From NCBI GenBank assembly GCA_964638245.1, contig CAZWZG010000002.1, forward strand, positions 15,492 through 74,151: DNA of 58,660 nucleotides, given 5' to 3'. Below are positions 8,887-19,187 of this stretch, piece after piece (the first letter of the stretch is position 1; each line of letters opens with the position of its first letter). The notes under the pieces were generated by a model. The model did no database searches and had not been told where the DNA came from. It saw nothing but the letters and a program-made list of their open reading frames with translations. Source of the DNA: an uncultured Rhodobacterales bacterium (lineage in GTDB: Bacteria; Pseudomonadota; Alphaproteobacteria; Rhodobacterales; Rhodobacteraceae). The position numbers and the translations under genes were made by a program.

Positions 8887-9755
8887 GCCAGGCTGCCGCT
8901 CTCCGACTGGGTGCCGAGGCGCTTGCTGGTCCGCTTCCTGCCTTGCTGGCAGAGGCGGAGCATCTGGCGGCGACGGTGCAACTTGGCGAGCACGGGCGGC
9001 GACGCGCCGGGCAAGGCGATGAGTTCTGGCAGTACCGCGCACATGTTCCGGGCGATGAGACGCGCGCGATTGATTGGCGACGCTCGGCGCGTTCGGACGG
9101 CTATTTCGTGCGCGAAAAGGAATGGCAGGCAGCGCAAAGCATTTTGCTTTGGGTGGATCGTGGCCAGTCGATGACGTTTTCGTCCAAGCCCGGATTGCCC
9201 CAAAAGGGTCAGCGGGCGCGCCTGTTGGCCCTTGCCCTTGCGGTGCTTTTGAACCGAGGCGGAGAGCGTGTCGGGCTGACCGGTCTTGAGGCGCCACCGC
9301 GTTCGGGTCCCTTGCAGTTGCTGAGAATTGCTCAAGCGCTCTTGGGCGACGAAACCGAAGAATACGCGCGACCGCGACTTCAGGGTCTTGTGACGCACGG
9401 GCGCGCGGCGTTTTTCTCCGACTTTCTTGGCGATATCTCGGAAACAGAGACGGCGCTTTTCACCGCCGCGGATCGCGGAATTCGTGGGGCGCTTGTTCAA
9501 GTGCTGGACCCCGAAGAAGAAGCGTTCCCCTTCGATGGGCGTACGATTTTCGAATCCATGGGCGGCGGTGTCAGCCATGAAACACTAAAGGCGCGCGAAT
9601 TGCGCGACCGTTACCTGGATCGTCTGGCAGAGCGCAAGGATGCGCTTCAAGCGCTCGCGCGAAAGGCCGGATGGCAATTCCAATGTCATCATACCGACCG
9701 CTCAGGCAGTTCGGCGATGCTTTGGCTCTATGGCGCGCTGGAGCGCAGCCGCTGA
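8883..9755 (+). CDS. DUF58 domain protein (MoxR partner)
   Basis: 290 aa. GEHGRRRAGQGDEFWQYRAHVPGDETRAIDWRRSAR is the DUF58 signature. TTG start overlaps the MoxR stop. Confidence 0.8.
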
Positions 9756-12514
9756 TGTGGACGATTGGCGCCCTTGGATTCACGGCCCCGTGGCTCTTGC
9801 TGGGCCTCATCGCGTTGCCAGTCCTTTGGTTCCTGTTGCGTGTCGTGCCCCCGGCGCCGATCAAGCGCCGGTTCCCGGGTGTAGCGCTGCTCCTCGGGCT
9901 GACGGATGATGAGAACGAGACCGACAAGACGCCTTGGTGGCTGCTATTACTGCGGCTTTTGGCCGTGGCGGCAGCGATCATTGCCTTTGCAGGGCCGGTT
10001 CTGAACCCGAAAACCGAGCCGACTGGGCGTGGACCGCTTTTGGTCCTGTTTGACGGGACATGGGCGGATGCGCCGGACTGGCCACAGCGGATCGAGCGGG
10101 TCGAAGCGCTTTTGGATGATGCCAGCCGTGCAGGGCGCAGCGTGGCGGTGGTCCTTTTGACCGATCCGGCGCGCGATGAGCTGCCTTTCCAGCCAGCGGC
10201 AACTTGGCGGGCGCGGCTGCCATCGCTCGCGCCTGCGCCATATGCGCCAAATGCCGACGAGATTGCGCGTTTCGACGACCTTCTGGAAGGCTCTTTTGAG
10301 ACGTTCTGGCTCTCGGATGGGCTGGACTATCCGTGGCGTGCCGACCTTCTGGCGACGCTCGAGAGCCACGGCGCTGTTAGCGTTTTCGAGGGGCTTCGCG
10401 GCGCGATTGGCCTGCAACCGGCGCGGTTTGAGGATGGCGAGATCCTGACATCCGTTGTGCGCGCACGCCCCGGTCAGGCGCAAACGCTGACCATTGCGGC
10501 CCATGGGTTGGACCCGGCCGGTACGCCGCGTCGCCTCGTGACGGCCGATCTGGAACTGGACGCGGGCGAAGCGTCGGGTGAAATCGCGCTGGTGCTTCCG
10601 GCCGAGTTGCGCAATCGGATCACGCGGTTCGAGATTGACGGCGTCCGCTCGGCTGCGGCGGTCAGTCTGACGGACGATGCGTTGCGCCGCCGCGAAGTTG
10701 CACTGATTGCAGGGCTCGAGTCCCGCGAAGGACTGCAGCTGTTGTCGCCGACTCATTACCTTGAGCAGGCGCTCATTCCGACGGCTGACCTGATCGACGG
10801 AACCGTCGAAGAGATCGTTTTGGCGAATCCGGATGTTATCGTTCTGGCGGATGTGGCGCAGCTGCCTGATGCGGATGCGTCGGCTATTCTCGATTGGGTC
10901 GAAGACGGCGGCCTGTTGGTACGGTTTGCGGGGCCTCGGTTGGCTTCATCGGATGTCAGTCGGGACGAGGAAGACGCGCTGATGCCGGTACGCTTGCGGG
11001 CCGGGGGCCGCACTGTGGGCGGTGCGATGAGCTGGGGCGAACCCAAGACGCTGCGCGCTTTCACCGCCGATAGCCCGTTCTTTGGACTGTCCGTCCCTGA
11101 CGAAGTGCGCGTCACGGCCCAAGTCATGGCGCAACCTGATCCGACGCTGTCGGAACGCGCAATCGCATCACTTGAAGACGGTACGCCGCTGGTCACACGC
11201 AAACTCGCTGGGCAGGGCCAGATCGTTTTGTTCCATGTGACGGCCAACGCTGAATGGTCCTCGCTTCCCTTGTCTGGGCTGTTTGTTGAAATGCTCGAAC
11301 GGCTCGCAATCTCGTCGCGTCCGGCGGTTCCAGATGCTGCCGAACTAGAAGGGCGCACCTTTGTCCCCGACCAGGTTCTGAACGCCTTTGGCGCGATTGA
11401 AGATGCGGGCACACAAGCAGGCGTGCCGGGCGAGGACCTGATCGAGCCTGTGCTCGGGCCGCGCCTGTTGCCAGGCCTCTATGCGGGTCCTGAGCGGAGG
11501 TTGGCGTTGAATGTTGTCACGGCTGATAGCGAAATCACGCCTTTCACCTGGCCTTCAAGCATTCCGGTCGAGGGGCTGTCTTTTGCTGAGGAAACCGGAT
11601 TGAAGGGGCCCTTCCTGACTGCGGCAATCCTTGTGCTTCTGGCGGACATCTTGGCGTCGCTTTTCGTGGCCGGGCGCTTGACGGGATCAAGGACCACTGT
11701 CGCGTCCGCGCTTTTGGCACTGGCGCTGTTCCAGCCCGCGCCAGCGACGGCTCAGAATGAGGCAGCAGCGATCGCGGCGACGTCAGAGGTTGTTTTGGCG
11801 CACGTTATCACGGGTAACGATCGCCTGGATGACGTTGCCGCCGCGGGCCTGCAAGGCCTAAGCGCGACCCTATTCCGGCGCACGTCGATCGAGCCTGCAG
11901 CCCCCATCGCCGTCAATCTTGAAACAGACGAACTGTCGTTCTTCCCGTTCCTTTACTGGCCCGTCACAGCCGACCAACCGCTTCCCTCGGACGAAGCATA
12001 TGCCAAGCTCAACCGCTATTTGCGCACGGGTGGGATGATCCTGTTCGACACGCGCGATGCCGATACGGCGCAGTTCGGAAGCGGTTCGGAGAACGGACGC
12101 AAGCTGCAACAGTTGGCGCGCCCGCTGGATATCCCGCCTCTTGAACCGATCCCGGCCGATCACGTTCTGACCCGGACGTTTTATCTGTTGCAGGATTTCC
12201 CGGGTCGTTTTGCCAGTCAGGATGTCTGGGTCGAAGCGGCGCCCGCTGACGCTGCGCAGGCCGAAGGTATGCCTTTTCGCAATCTCAACGATAACGTCAC
12301 CCCGGTGGTCATCGGTGGCAATGATTGGGCATCCGCATGGGCCATCGATGCTTCAGGCCAGCGCATGTTCCCGGTGGGGCGCGGCTATGCCGGGGAACGC
12401 CAACGCGAGATTGCGTATCGGTTTGGCGTGAACCTGATCATGCATGTTCTCACGGGCAACTATAAGTCCGATCAGGTTCATGTGCCCGCATTGCTTGACC
12501 GGTTGGGACAGTAG
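9755..12514 (+). CDS. BatA-N (double-TM) / DUF4159-like large membrane protein
   Basis: 919 aa from ATG 9755 (TGATG overlap with the DUF58 gene). N-terminal double TM (LLLGLIALPVLWFLLRVVPP ... WWLLLLRLLAVAAAIIAF), a degenerate vWA-like strand LLVLFDGTWAD, and a C-terminal FLYWPV..GGMILFDTRD..VIGGNDWASAW..LTGNYKSDQVHV. Confidence 0.75.
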   Translation: MWTIGALGFTAPWLLLGLIALPVLWFLLRVVPPAPIKRRFPGVALLLGLTDDENETDKTPWWLLLLRLLAVAAAIIAFAGPVLNPKTEPTGRGPLLVLFDGTWADAPDWPQRIERVEALLDDASRAGRSVAVVLLTDPARDELPFQPAATWRARLPSLAPAPYAPNADEIARFDDLLEGSFETFWLSDGLDYPWRADLLATLESHGAVSVFEGLRGAIGLQPARFEDGEILTSVVRARPGQAQTLTIAAHGLDPAGTPRRLVTADLELDAGEASGEIALVLPAELRNRITRFEIDGVRSAAAVSLTDDALRRREVALIAGLESREGLQLLSPTHYLEQALIPTADLIDGTVEEIVLANPDVIVLADVAQLPDADASAILDWVEDGGLLVRFAGPRLASSDVSRDEEDALMPVRLRAGGRTVGGAMSWGEPKTLRAFTADSPFFGLSVPDEVRVTAQVMAQPDPTLSERAIASLEDGTPLVTRKLAGQGQIVLFHVTANAEWSSLPLSGLFVEMLERLAISSRPAVPDAAELEGRTFVPDQVLNAFGAIEDAGTQAGVPGEDLIEPVLGPRLLPGLYAGPERRLALNVVTADSEITPFTWPSSIPVEGLSFAEETGLKGPFLTAAILVLLADILASLFVAGRLTGSRTTVASALLALALFQPAPATAQNEAAAIAATSEVVLAHVITGNDRLDDVAAAGLQGLSATLFRRTSIEPAAPIAVNLETDELSFFPFLYWPVTADQPLPSDEAYAKLNRYLRTGGMILFDTRDADTAQFGSGSENGRKLQQLARPLDIPPLEPIPADHVLTRTFYLLQDFPGRFASQDVWVEAAPADAAQAEGMPFRNLNDNVTPVVIGGNDWASAWAIDASGQRMFPVGRGYAGERQREIAYRFGVNLIMHVLTGNYKSDQVHVPALLDRLGQ

Positions 12515-14587
12515 ATGGACGCCAGCCAGATCCTTTTCGACACACTTGTTCCGATGCCACTGGTCTGGGCATTGGCGGGTTTGGCCGTTGCGGCGTTGTC
12601 GTTCGGCATCTGGCGCGGGTTAGGCGGATGGTGGCTACGGGCATTTTCGCTGGCAGCGCTGGGCCTTGCCTTGGCGAACCCGTCGCTACAGCAAGAAGAC
12701 CGCACGCCGCTGTCCGACATCGTCGTGCTGGTCGTAGACGAAAGCGCAAGCCAACGGATCGCGGATCGGCCAGACCAGACGTCCGAGGCCATCTTGGCCA
12801 TCGAAAACGAAATCGCGGATCTGGCGAACACCGAGTTGCGCATCGTGCGCGTCGGCGACAGCGATCAGGACCAGGGTACACTTTTGATGCAGGCGTTGAG
12901 CGAGGCCATGGCGGAAGAACCGCGTGCGCGTCTGGCCGGGGCAATCTTCCTGTCTGACGGGCGCTTGCACGACATCGAAGCTGCGCCGGATTTCCCGGCC
13001 CCGGTGCACCTGTTGTTGACGGGGCGCGAAACCGACTGGGATCGGCGTTTGTCGGTTCAAAACGCACCTGCCTTTGCCATTTTGGGTGAGCCGGTCACGC
13101 TGACGCTTCGGATCGACGATGATGGTTCTGTGCCAACCGATATTGCGGGCCAGGCAAGGCTCGAGATTTCCGTTGATGGGGGCGAGCCGCAAACCTTTGA
13201 CGTGCCCGTTGGCGAAGACCTTGAGTTGCCAGTCACGCTGCCCCATGGCGGCATGAATGTTATCCAGTTCACGGTGCCTCAGGCGGACGGGGAACTGACC
13301 GATCGCAATAATACCGCGATCGTCCAGATCAATGGCGTGCGCGATCGACTTCGGGTGCTGCTCGTCTCGGGCGAACCTCATCCGGGTGAGCGCACGTGGC
13401 GCAACCTTTTGAAATCGGATGCTTCGGTCGATCTTGTGCATTTCACGATTCTGCGGCCGCCCGAAAAGCAGGACGGCGTTCCGGTGTCTGAACTATCGCT
13501 CATTGCGTTCCCAACGCGCGAGCTGTTTCTTGAGAAGATTGATGAATTCGATCTGATCATCTTCGACCGCTACAAGCGGCGGGGCATTCTGCCGTCAATC
13601 TATCTGGACAATATCCGCCAGTACGTCGAGAGCGGCGGTGCGCTCTTGATCGCGGCGGGGCCGGACTTTGCCGGAGCCGAAAGTATCTATCGGTCGCCGT
13701 TGTCCAGTATTGTGCCTGCCTCGCCGTCGGGCGGCGTGTTGGAAGAGTCCTTCCAGCCTCAAATCTCGGAACTTGGCCACCGTCATCCGGTGACCGAAGG
13801 ATTGGCTGGCCCGGATCCCGAAGCGGACCCGACATGGGGCAGCTGGCTGCGCCTGATCGACCTCATCGATCCCAAGCCGGGGGCACAGATCGTCATGACG
13901 GCCCGCGACGACCGCCCGCTACTGGTGCTGGAGCGCGCCGGAGATGGGCGGGTTGCTCTGATGGGCTCGGATCACGCCTGGCTCTGGTCGCGCGGGTACG
14001 AAGGCGGTGGGCCGCAACTGGAGCTGCTGCGCAGATTGGCCCATTGGCTCATGCAGGAACCCGAGTTGGAAGAAGAGGCGCTGACCGCCACGGGGGAAGG
14101 CCAGCGTATGACCGTGACCGAGCGGACGTTGGGCGATAGCGCTGGCGTGGCGATCGTGACGGCCCCGGACGGGACGGAGAGCGAGGTTCCTCTGGAAGAA
14201 GCAACGCCCGGCCGGTTCCAAGCAATCTATGACGCGCCTGAAATCGGGCTCTACCGCGTGCGAGCGGGTGACAAGGAAACCGTGATCGCGCTGGGCCCTG
14301 CGGCCCCACGCGAGTTTGTTCAAACCATTGCATCTGGGGACCTTATGGAGCCGCTCGTGGACGCCAAGCGCGGCGGTATCCAGACCGTCGAAGACGGTGT
14401 GCCCGATCTGCGCCGCGTTCGCGCAGATCGTCCCGCATCAGGGCGCGGCTGGATCGGGATCACGCCCAGAGAGGCCTTCGTGACCGCCGATATCCGCATC
14501 ACGCCCCTCCTTCCGGCCTGGGCGTTTCTGATCCTGTCGGCACTTTTCGCGATTAGCGGATGGCTTTGGGAAGGACGCCGCACTTAG
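12515..14587 (+). CDS. Membrane protein with vWA-like and GATase1/ThuA-like regions (last gene of the Bat-like operon)
   Basis: 690 aa; ATG follows the upstream stop directly. Two N-terminal TM helices, MIDAS-like VVLVVDESAS, RVLLVSGEPHPGERTWRNLLKSD...DLIIFDRY...GGALLIAAGPDF, and a C-terminal TM. Confidence 0.7.
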   Translation: MDASQILFDTLVPMPLVWALAGLAVAALSFGIWRGLGGWWLRAFSLAALGLALANPSLQQEDRTPLSDIVVLVVDESASQRIADRPDQTSEAILAIENEIADLANTELRIVRVGDSDQDQGTLLMQALSEAMAEEPRARLAGAIFLSDGRLHDIEAAPDFPAPVHLLLTGRETDWDRRLSVQNAPAFAILGEPVTLTLRIDDDGSVPTDIAGQARLEISVDGGEPQTFDVPVGEDLELPVTLPHGGMNVIQFTVPQADGELTDRNNTAIVQINGVRDRLRVLLVSGEPHPGERTWRNLLKSDASVDLVHFTILRPPEKQDGVPVSELSLIAFPTRELFLEKIDEFDLIIFDRYKRRGILPSIYLDNIRQYVESGGALLIAAGPDFAGAESIYRSPLSSIVPASPSGGVLEESFQPQISELGHRHPVTEGLAGPDPEADPTWGSWLRLIDLIDPKPGAQIVMTARDDRPLLVLERAGDGRVALMGSDHAWLWSRGYEGGGPQLELLRRLAHWLMQEPELEEEALTATGEGQRMTVTERTLGDSAGVAIVTAPDGTESEVPLEEATPGRFQAIYDAPEIGLYRVRAGDKETVIALGPAAPREFVQTIASGDLMEPLVDAKRGGIQTVEDGVPDLRRVRADRPASGRGWIGITPREAFVTADIRITPLLPAWAFLILSALFAISGWLWEGRRT

Positions 14588-14605
14588 TGCTCTCCAAAGG
14601 TCAGT

Positions 14606-14641
14606 AAATATCCCGGTGGGGAAAGGGAGGCAGAGCCTCCC
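14606..14641. repeat. Dispersed intergenic repeat, copy B
   Basis: aaatatcccggtgggg (14606-14621) followed by the palindrome gggaggcagagcctccc (14625-14641). Lies between convergent gene ends 14587 and 14666. Confidence 0.7.
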
Positions 14642-14665
14642 AAGCGCGAGCGCAGCGAGTGATTT

Positions 14666-15019
14666 CTAGCGCGGAACGTCGATTTCGACTGTTTCCCCTG
14701 ACCAACCGTCGGTGTTGGTGCGCGATTCAATCACGACCGTCGCCAGCCCGTCGGGGATTTGCACACCCGCAAGGCTACGCGTGAAGGGCTGTTCGTTGAC
14801 ATGGGGGTGAAACAGCTCGCGATAGCCAAGCTCGGCCCCATCAGGCGCCAGAACGCGCCACCCATCCGCGTAATCATCCCAGCCCGTATCGCCATGGCGT
14901 AGCGTGACGTCCACGCGCCAGCCGTTCGAGGCCTTGCTCAATTCAACGGCTTCGATCACCGCAGGATCGGCTTGCGTGATCGCGGGCGACATCATCAAAA
15001 CAAGGGCAAGGGTTCTCAT
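14666..15019 (-). CDS. Small secreted/periplasmic protein, function unknown
   Basis: 117 aa from ATG 15019. Signal-like N-terminus MRTLALVLMMSPAITQA and a conspicuous FHPHVNEQPF segment. I recognise no family. Confidence 0.5.
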   Translation of the reverse strand: MRTLALVLMMSPAITQADPAVIEAVELSKASNGWRVDVTLRHGDTGWDDYADGWRVLAPDGAELGYRELFHPHVNEQPFTRSLAGVQIPDGLATVVIESRTNTDGWSGETVEIDVPR

Positions 15020-15148
15020 CGTGCGATCGTGCCATCGGCCTCGTCGAAAATCGAGCCTTGATGCCCGCCCTGACAGCATCGTGACTGTTTCGCCCTTGGC
15101 CATAATCTCGCCCCATCCGCGCGCTATGCCGTTCGTGGGAGTTGGGAG

Positions 15149-15997
15149 ATGGGTATGCGTGGACTACGTTTTTTGGCGCTGTGCGCCGCTGTGCTTGCGT
15201 CGCCGGTACAGGCGAGCGATGGCAACGGGCTAACAAGCCTCTTTACGGCCGATGATAACCGAGGATGGGAAGGCGTTGGACGTCTCAACATCGGACGAAG
15301 CGGCTTTTGCACGGGCGCACTAATCGCGCCGCGTCTGGTTCTGACGGCCGCACACTGTCTTTTTGACCCAGAAAGCCACGCGCAGATCAATGCGGCAGAG
15401 GTCGAGTTTTTGGCGGGGTGGCGCAACGGGCGTGCCTCGGCCTATCGTGGTGTGCGCCGCGCTCTTGTTCATCCCGATTACGTGTACGAAGGACGCGAAG
15501 GGACGCTTCGTGTTGCCAACGATCTGGCGCTGCTTGAACTTGATCAACCTATCCGGAATGGGTCGGTCAAACCCTTCCGGATCGACTCGAAACCTTCGAA
15601 GGGCGAAGAGGTCAGCGTTGTATCTTATGCCTACGATCGCCATGAACGGCCTGCGCTCGAAGAGCTTTGCCACGTCCTTGCGCGGCAATCCGGCAGCCTG
15701 ATCTTGAGTTGTTCAGTCGATTTCGGCTCGTCAGGTGCGCCGATTTTCGTGACCGTGGATGGCGAGCCTAGGATCGTTTCAGTCGTTTCCGCCAAGGCCG
15801 AAGTGCGCAACAAGCCGGTGTCGCTCGGCACAAATCTGGAAGAGCCTTTGGCAGAGCTTCTTGATCTCCTTGAAAAAGGCGATGGCGTATTTGCAAAGAC
15901 CGCAGATGAAGATCGCGCTGAAGCCCGAACACTGACACTTGATGCGCCGCGCGCACTGAACGACGGTGGCAGCGGGGCCAAGTTTCTTCGCCCTTAA
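15149..15997 (+). CDS. Secreted trypsin-like (S1 family) serine peptidase
   Basis: Signal peptide LRFLALCAAVLASPVQA. Triad context LTAAHC, NDLALLEL and DFGSSGAPIF. The second ATG at 15155 has better spacing to GGGAG (15144-15148) and may be the true start. Confidence 0.8.
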   Translation: MGMRGLRFLALCAAVLASPVQASDGNGLTSLFTADDNRGWEGVGRLNIGRSGFCTGALIAPRLVLTAAHCLFDPESHAQINAAEVEFLAGWRNGRASAYRGVRRALVHPDYVYEGREGTLRVANDLALLELDQPIRNGSVKPFRIDSKPSKGEEVSVVSYAYDRHERPALEELCHVLARQSGSLILSCSVDFGSSGAPIFVTVDGEPRIVSVVSAKAEVRNKPVSLGTNLEEPLAELLDLLEKGDGVFAKTADEDRAEARTLTLDAPRALNDGGSGAKFLRP

Positions 15998-16054
15998 GCG
16001 AACTCGCAAACCATTGAGTTGACGCTGGTTTGTCAGCGGGCGCATTGTGCGATC

Positions 16055-16744
16055 ATGCGGTTCGTACTGGTTCTCCTTCTTGTTTTTTCCCCGATGGTTT
16101 CATGGGCCGAAGGTCCAAGGGCCACAGCTGCCGCTGGGCTTTTGCAAAAGGGCAAGGGCGGGTTCTGTTCAGGGGTTCTAATCGAAGCCGATCTCGTGCT
16201 GACGGCGGCCCATTGTTTGTTCGGCAAGGTCGACGGTCGTGCGCTGGAAGCGTCAGACATCGTGTTCCGAACAGGAGCCTATCCGGGCCGGATCGCCGAA
16301 GAACGTCGCGGAATCGCGTTTGTGCGACACCCGCTGTTCATCATCGCAAAACGGGCAGGGCAGGAGGAGACGGCATTCGACCTCGCGCTGGTTCGCCTCG
16401 ATGAGGGCGTCTCCGACACGGTCGCAACGCCACTGCAAGTCCGGAAAGCAAACGCAAACAAGGGCGACAAGTTTCTTTTGGCAACTTGGCCACGGGGGCG
16501 CGGCGAACGCGCGCGGGAGCGGCAATGCCCCCTGCTTGCGCAGGATTTTGACCGTCTGTTGGTCGAATGTGTCGTCGTTCAAGGCGAAAGCGGTGGGCCG
16601 GTGCTTTGGCGCGAAGGTGATACGTTCTTTCTTGATGCGATTATGGTCGCCACAACCAAGATCAACGATCGCCCTGCGGGGCTTGCCGTGCGGCGCCTGC
16701 AAGACCGTATCGATGCGATGATGGCGCTTCTGTCCGCCTCTTGA
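16055..16744 (+). CDS. Secreted trypsin-like (S1 family) serine peptidase, distant tandem paralog
   Basis: 229 aa from ATG 16055. Signal MRFVLVLLLVFSPMVSWA, then LTAAHCLF, FDLALVRL and QGESGGPV. Confidence 0.75.
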   Translation: MRFVLVLLLVFSPMVSWAEGPRATAAAGLLQKGKGGFCSGVLIEADLVLTAAHCLFGKVDGRALEASDIVFRTGAYPGRIAEERRGIAFVRHPLFIIAKRAGQEETAFDLALVRLDEGVSDTVATPLQVRKANANKGDKFLLATWPRGRGERARERQCPLLAQDFDRLLVECVVVQGESGGPVLWREGDTFFLDAIMVATTKINDRPAGLAVRRLQDRIDAMMALLSAS

Positions 16745-16860
16745 ACCGTCGATAACACCTCCCCATCTATCTCTTGAAGGCGCCGATGATCGGGTCTTCA
16801 CAAACTGCTGGTCTGTCCATTCGGAAGACCAAATTGGTGTCGCTCAAAGGAGGATATCTT

Positions 16861-17319
16861 ATGCGCACTTTTGATTTTTCGCCCCTGTACCGGGCAACTG
16901 TCGGCTTTGATCAAATGGCTGACCTTATGGACCGGGTCCTGACAGACGGGGCGGCGTCTCCATCTTATCCACCCTACAATATTGAGAAGACCGCCGATGA
17001 TGCGTATCGCATTTCGATCGCGGTGGCCGGGTTCTCGGAAGGGGATCTTTCGGTGGAAACCAAGGAAAACGCTCTTGTCGTGACGGCCAAGAAAGCCGCC
17101 GAAGATGACAGCAAAACCTATCTTCACCGTGGCATCGCGACCCGCGCGTTCGAGCGTCGGTTCCATCTTGCCGACCATGTTCGTGCGACGGGAGCAAGCT
17201 ATGCTGACGGCATGCTGCACATCGACTTGATGCGCGAAGTGCCCGAGGCGCTCAAACCGCGCCGGATCGAAATCGCCAAAGGCGAAACGGTCGAGCACAA
17301 GGCCGTCGAACAAGCCTAA
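16861..17319 (+). CDS. Hsp20/alpha-crystallin small heat-shock protein (IbpA-like)
   Basis: 152 aa from ATG 16861 (AAAGGAGG upstream). PPYNIEKTADDAYRISIAVAGFSEGDLSVETKENALVV...GMLHIDL is the classic IbpA pattern. Confidence 0.85.
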   Translation: MRTFDFSPLYRATVGFDQMADLMDRVLTDGAASPSYPPYNIEKTADDAYRISIAVAGFSEGDLSVETKENALVVTAKKAAEDDSKTYLHRGIATRAFERRFHLADHVRATGASYADGMLHIDLMREVPEALKPRRIEIAKGETVEHKAVEQA

Positions 17320-17374
17320 CCCTCTCGAAAAGGCGTGGTGCGCAACCCCCAGCATCTGCGCCTGTCGAGCCCAC

Positions 17375-17406
17375 GGCCCGTGATCCTCGCTACACGGGCC
17401 GTTTTT
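17375..17406 (+). terminator. Intrinsic terminator after the hsp20 gene
   Basis: Stem ggcccgtg (17375-17382) pairs with cacgggcc (17393-17400), followed by gttttt. Confidence 0.6.
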
Positions 17407-17507
17407 CGCACCATGTTTTCGAGGCCCATTGTGGGGGCTGTGGTCACCTCATAAGGTGCGCCAAACCCGACGAACGGGCAATTTTCAACATTTAGAAGGA
17501 GAGGCTT

Positions 17508-18164
17508 ATGGCACTTAGGATCAACGACACGGCCCCGGATTTCGTGGCGGACAGCACCGAGGGCTCGATCTCGTTTCACGATTGGATCGGGGATGGCTGG
17601 GCCATCATGTTCTCGCACCCGAAGGATTTCACGCCCGTTTGCACGACCGAGTTGGGCGCGATGGCGGGCATCGCTGAAGAATTCGCCAAGCGGAACTGCA
17701 AGATCATCGGGATAAGCGTCGATCCGGTCGAGGCTCACCTGAAGTGGAAGGAAGACATCAAGGTCGCGACCGGGAATGGCGTCGACTATCCGATGATCGG
17801 CGATCCCGAACTCAAAGTGGCCAAGCTCTATGACATGCTACCTGCCGAAAGCGGTGACACGTCCGAGGGGCGCACCGCTGCGGACAACCAGTCGGTGCGG
17901 ACGGTTTTCCTCATCGGGCCGGACAAGAAAATCAAGATGCAGATGTCTTATCCGATGACCACTGGCCGTAACTTCGACGAGCTTTTGCGCGTTCTGGACA
18001 GTGTCCAGATGACGGCCAAGCATAAGGTTGCCACGCCCGCCAACTGGAAAAGCGGTGAGGATGTGATTGTTGTGCCTGCGGTGTCCGATGATGATGCTCG
18101 CGCGCAGCACGGAGACTTTGACGCGGTGCTGCCGTACCTGCGCAAGGTCAAGCAGCCGGGCTAG
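17508..18164 (+). CDS. Peroxiredoxin (1-Cys/Prx6-like)
   Basis: 218 aa. GDGWAIMFSHPKDFTPVCTTELG active-site motif; AAGGAGAGG RBS. Confidence 0.9.
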   Translation: MALRINDTAPDFVADSTEGSISFHDWIGDGWAIMFSHPKDFTPVCTTELGAMAGIAEEFAKRNCKIIGISVDPVEAHLKWKEDIKVATGNGVDYPMIGDPELKVAKLYDMLPAESGDTSEGRTAADNQSVRTVFLIGPDKKIKMQMSYPMTTGRNFDELLRVLDSVQMTAKHKVATPANWKSGEDVIVVPAVSDDDARAQHGDFDAVLPYLRKVKQPG

Positions 18165-18218
18165 TATGAAGGCTGCGTTTCGCCTTCGGTGAGGATATTT
18201 TGGGCCAGATGAAGAAGC

Positions 18219-18247
18219 GGGTGCGCAGATATGCGTGCCCGTTTTTT
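18219..18247 (+). terminator. Intrinsic terminator after the peroxiredoxin gene
   Basis: gggtgcgca / tgcgtgccc stem (two G-U pairs) followed by gtttttt. Confidence 0.5.
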
Positions 18248-18248
18248 G

Positions 18249-19187
18249 TTAGAACACTGCGTGATCGGCAAGATCGTGTGTGGCTTCGCCGTCCAGAAGA
18301 GCCCGGTAGTGGTCGAGGAGCAGGTCCGCGCCCGTTTCGGGCGTTGCGGCGTCCGCGTATGCACCCGTCTGCGGATCGCGAACGAGCATTGAGTGCGTTC
18401 CATAGAACAACCCGATCCGAGCAAGTTCCGCCTTTTCTGCCGCGCGCTTTGAGACGGTGCCGGCAACGCTGAGCGCTGAAATGATGGTCTTCATCACGCC
18501 CACCGGAATTGTGCGGACTGGTACGGGTCGACCGATCAGGGAACCAAGCATTTCAGCCTGATCAAGCGGCGTAATCGCGGGGCCAGGGCCGCCGATTGGG
18601 CAGATCGCATTGCTGCATTCTGGTGCCGAAAGGCTTTGGACCATAAAGGCCGCAAGGTCGCGGTCTGAAATTGGCTTGCAGGCTGTCAGACGCCCGTCTC
18701 CGAACGCCAGAAACGGCTTGCCGCCCGCAACACGCGCAACCTGTCCCGACAAGGATTTAAAGAAGGCCGTGGGCCGCACGATGGTCCAGGTCAGTCCCGA
18801 TCCCTTCAAGCTTTCCTCAAACGCCAGTTTGGCCTTCTGAAAGGCCAGTTTGGGTTCTTGCACACATAGCGCTGACAAAAGGACAAATCGCGGTGTTTCG
18901 GCCTGTTTTGTGGCCTCAAGGATCGCTTGATGAGCGTCATGATCGATCGACCATGCATCCTTGGGTGCGCCCGAGCGTGACGCCAAACAAGAGATGACCG
19001 CATCGAAAGGCTCATCGATGAAGGCATTGGCGAGCAAGCTCTTTGGATCATTGATGTCGGCGATGCGGGTCTGGACGATCTGTGCGTCACGCCGTCCGAC
19101 GGCAACGGCATCATGCCCGTCTGCTTTCAACTTTCGGGCAACGGCCTGTCCAATGGTACCCGTTGCACCGAAAAGGAGGACGCGCAT
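18249..19187 (-). CDS. NAD(P)H-binding, NmrA/atypical-SDR family oxidoreductase
   Basis: 312 aa with the Rossmann N-terminus MRVLLFGATGTIGQAVARKL. Confidence 0.7.
   Translation of the reverse strand: MRVLLFGATGTIGQAVARKLKADGHDAVAVGRRDAQIVQTRIADINDPKSLLANAFIDEPFDAVISCLASRSGAPKDAWSIDHDAHQAILEATKQAETPRFVLLSALCVQEPKLAFQKAKLAFEESLKGSGLTWTIVRPTAFFKSLSGQVARVAGGKPFLAFGDGRLTACKPISDRDLAAFMVQSLSAPECSNAICPIGGPGPAITPLDQAEMLGSLIGRPVPVRTIPVGVMKTIISALSVAGTVSKRAAEKAELARIGLFYGTHSMLVRDPQTGAYADAATPETGADLLLDHYRALLDGEATHDLADHAVF

Noticed and set aside
16745-16860. ROSE-type RNA thermometer or RpoH promoter upstream of the hsp20 gene
   Set aside because: A CTTGAA hexamer (16782-16787) has no convincing -10 partner at the right spacing. 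Only short hairpins could occlude the SD (ggtcttc/gaagacc, GTGtCGC/GCGCAC, AGGAT/ATCTT), and the conserved ROSE UYGCU-type pairing is not evident. The evidence is too weak to report as a feature.
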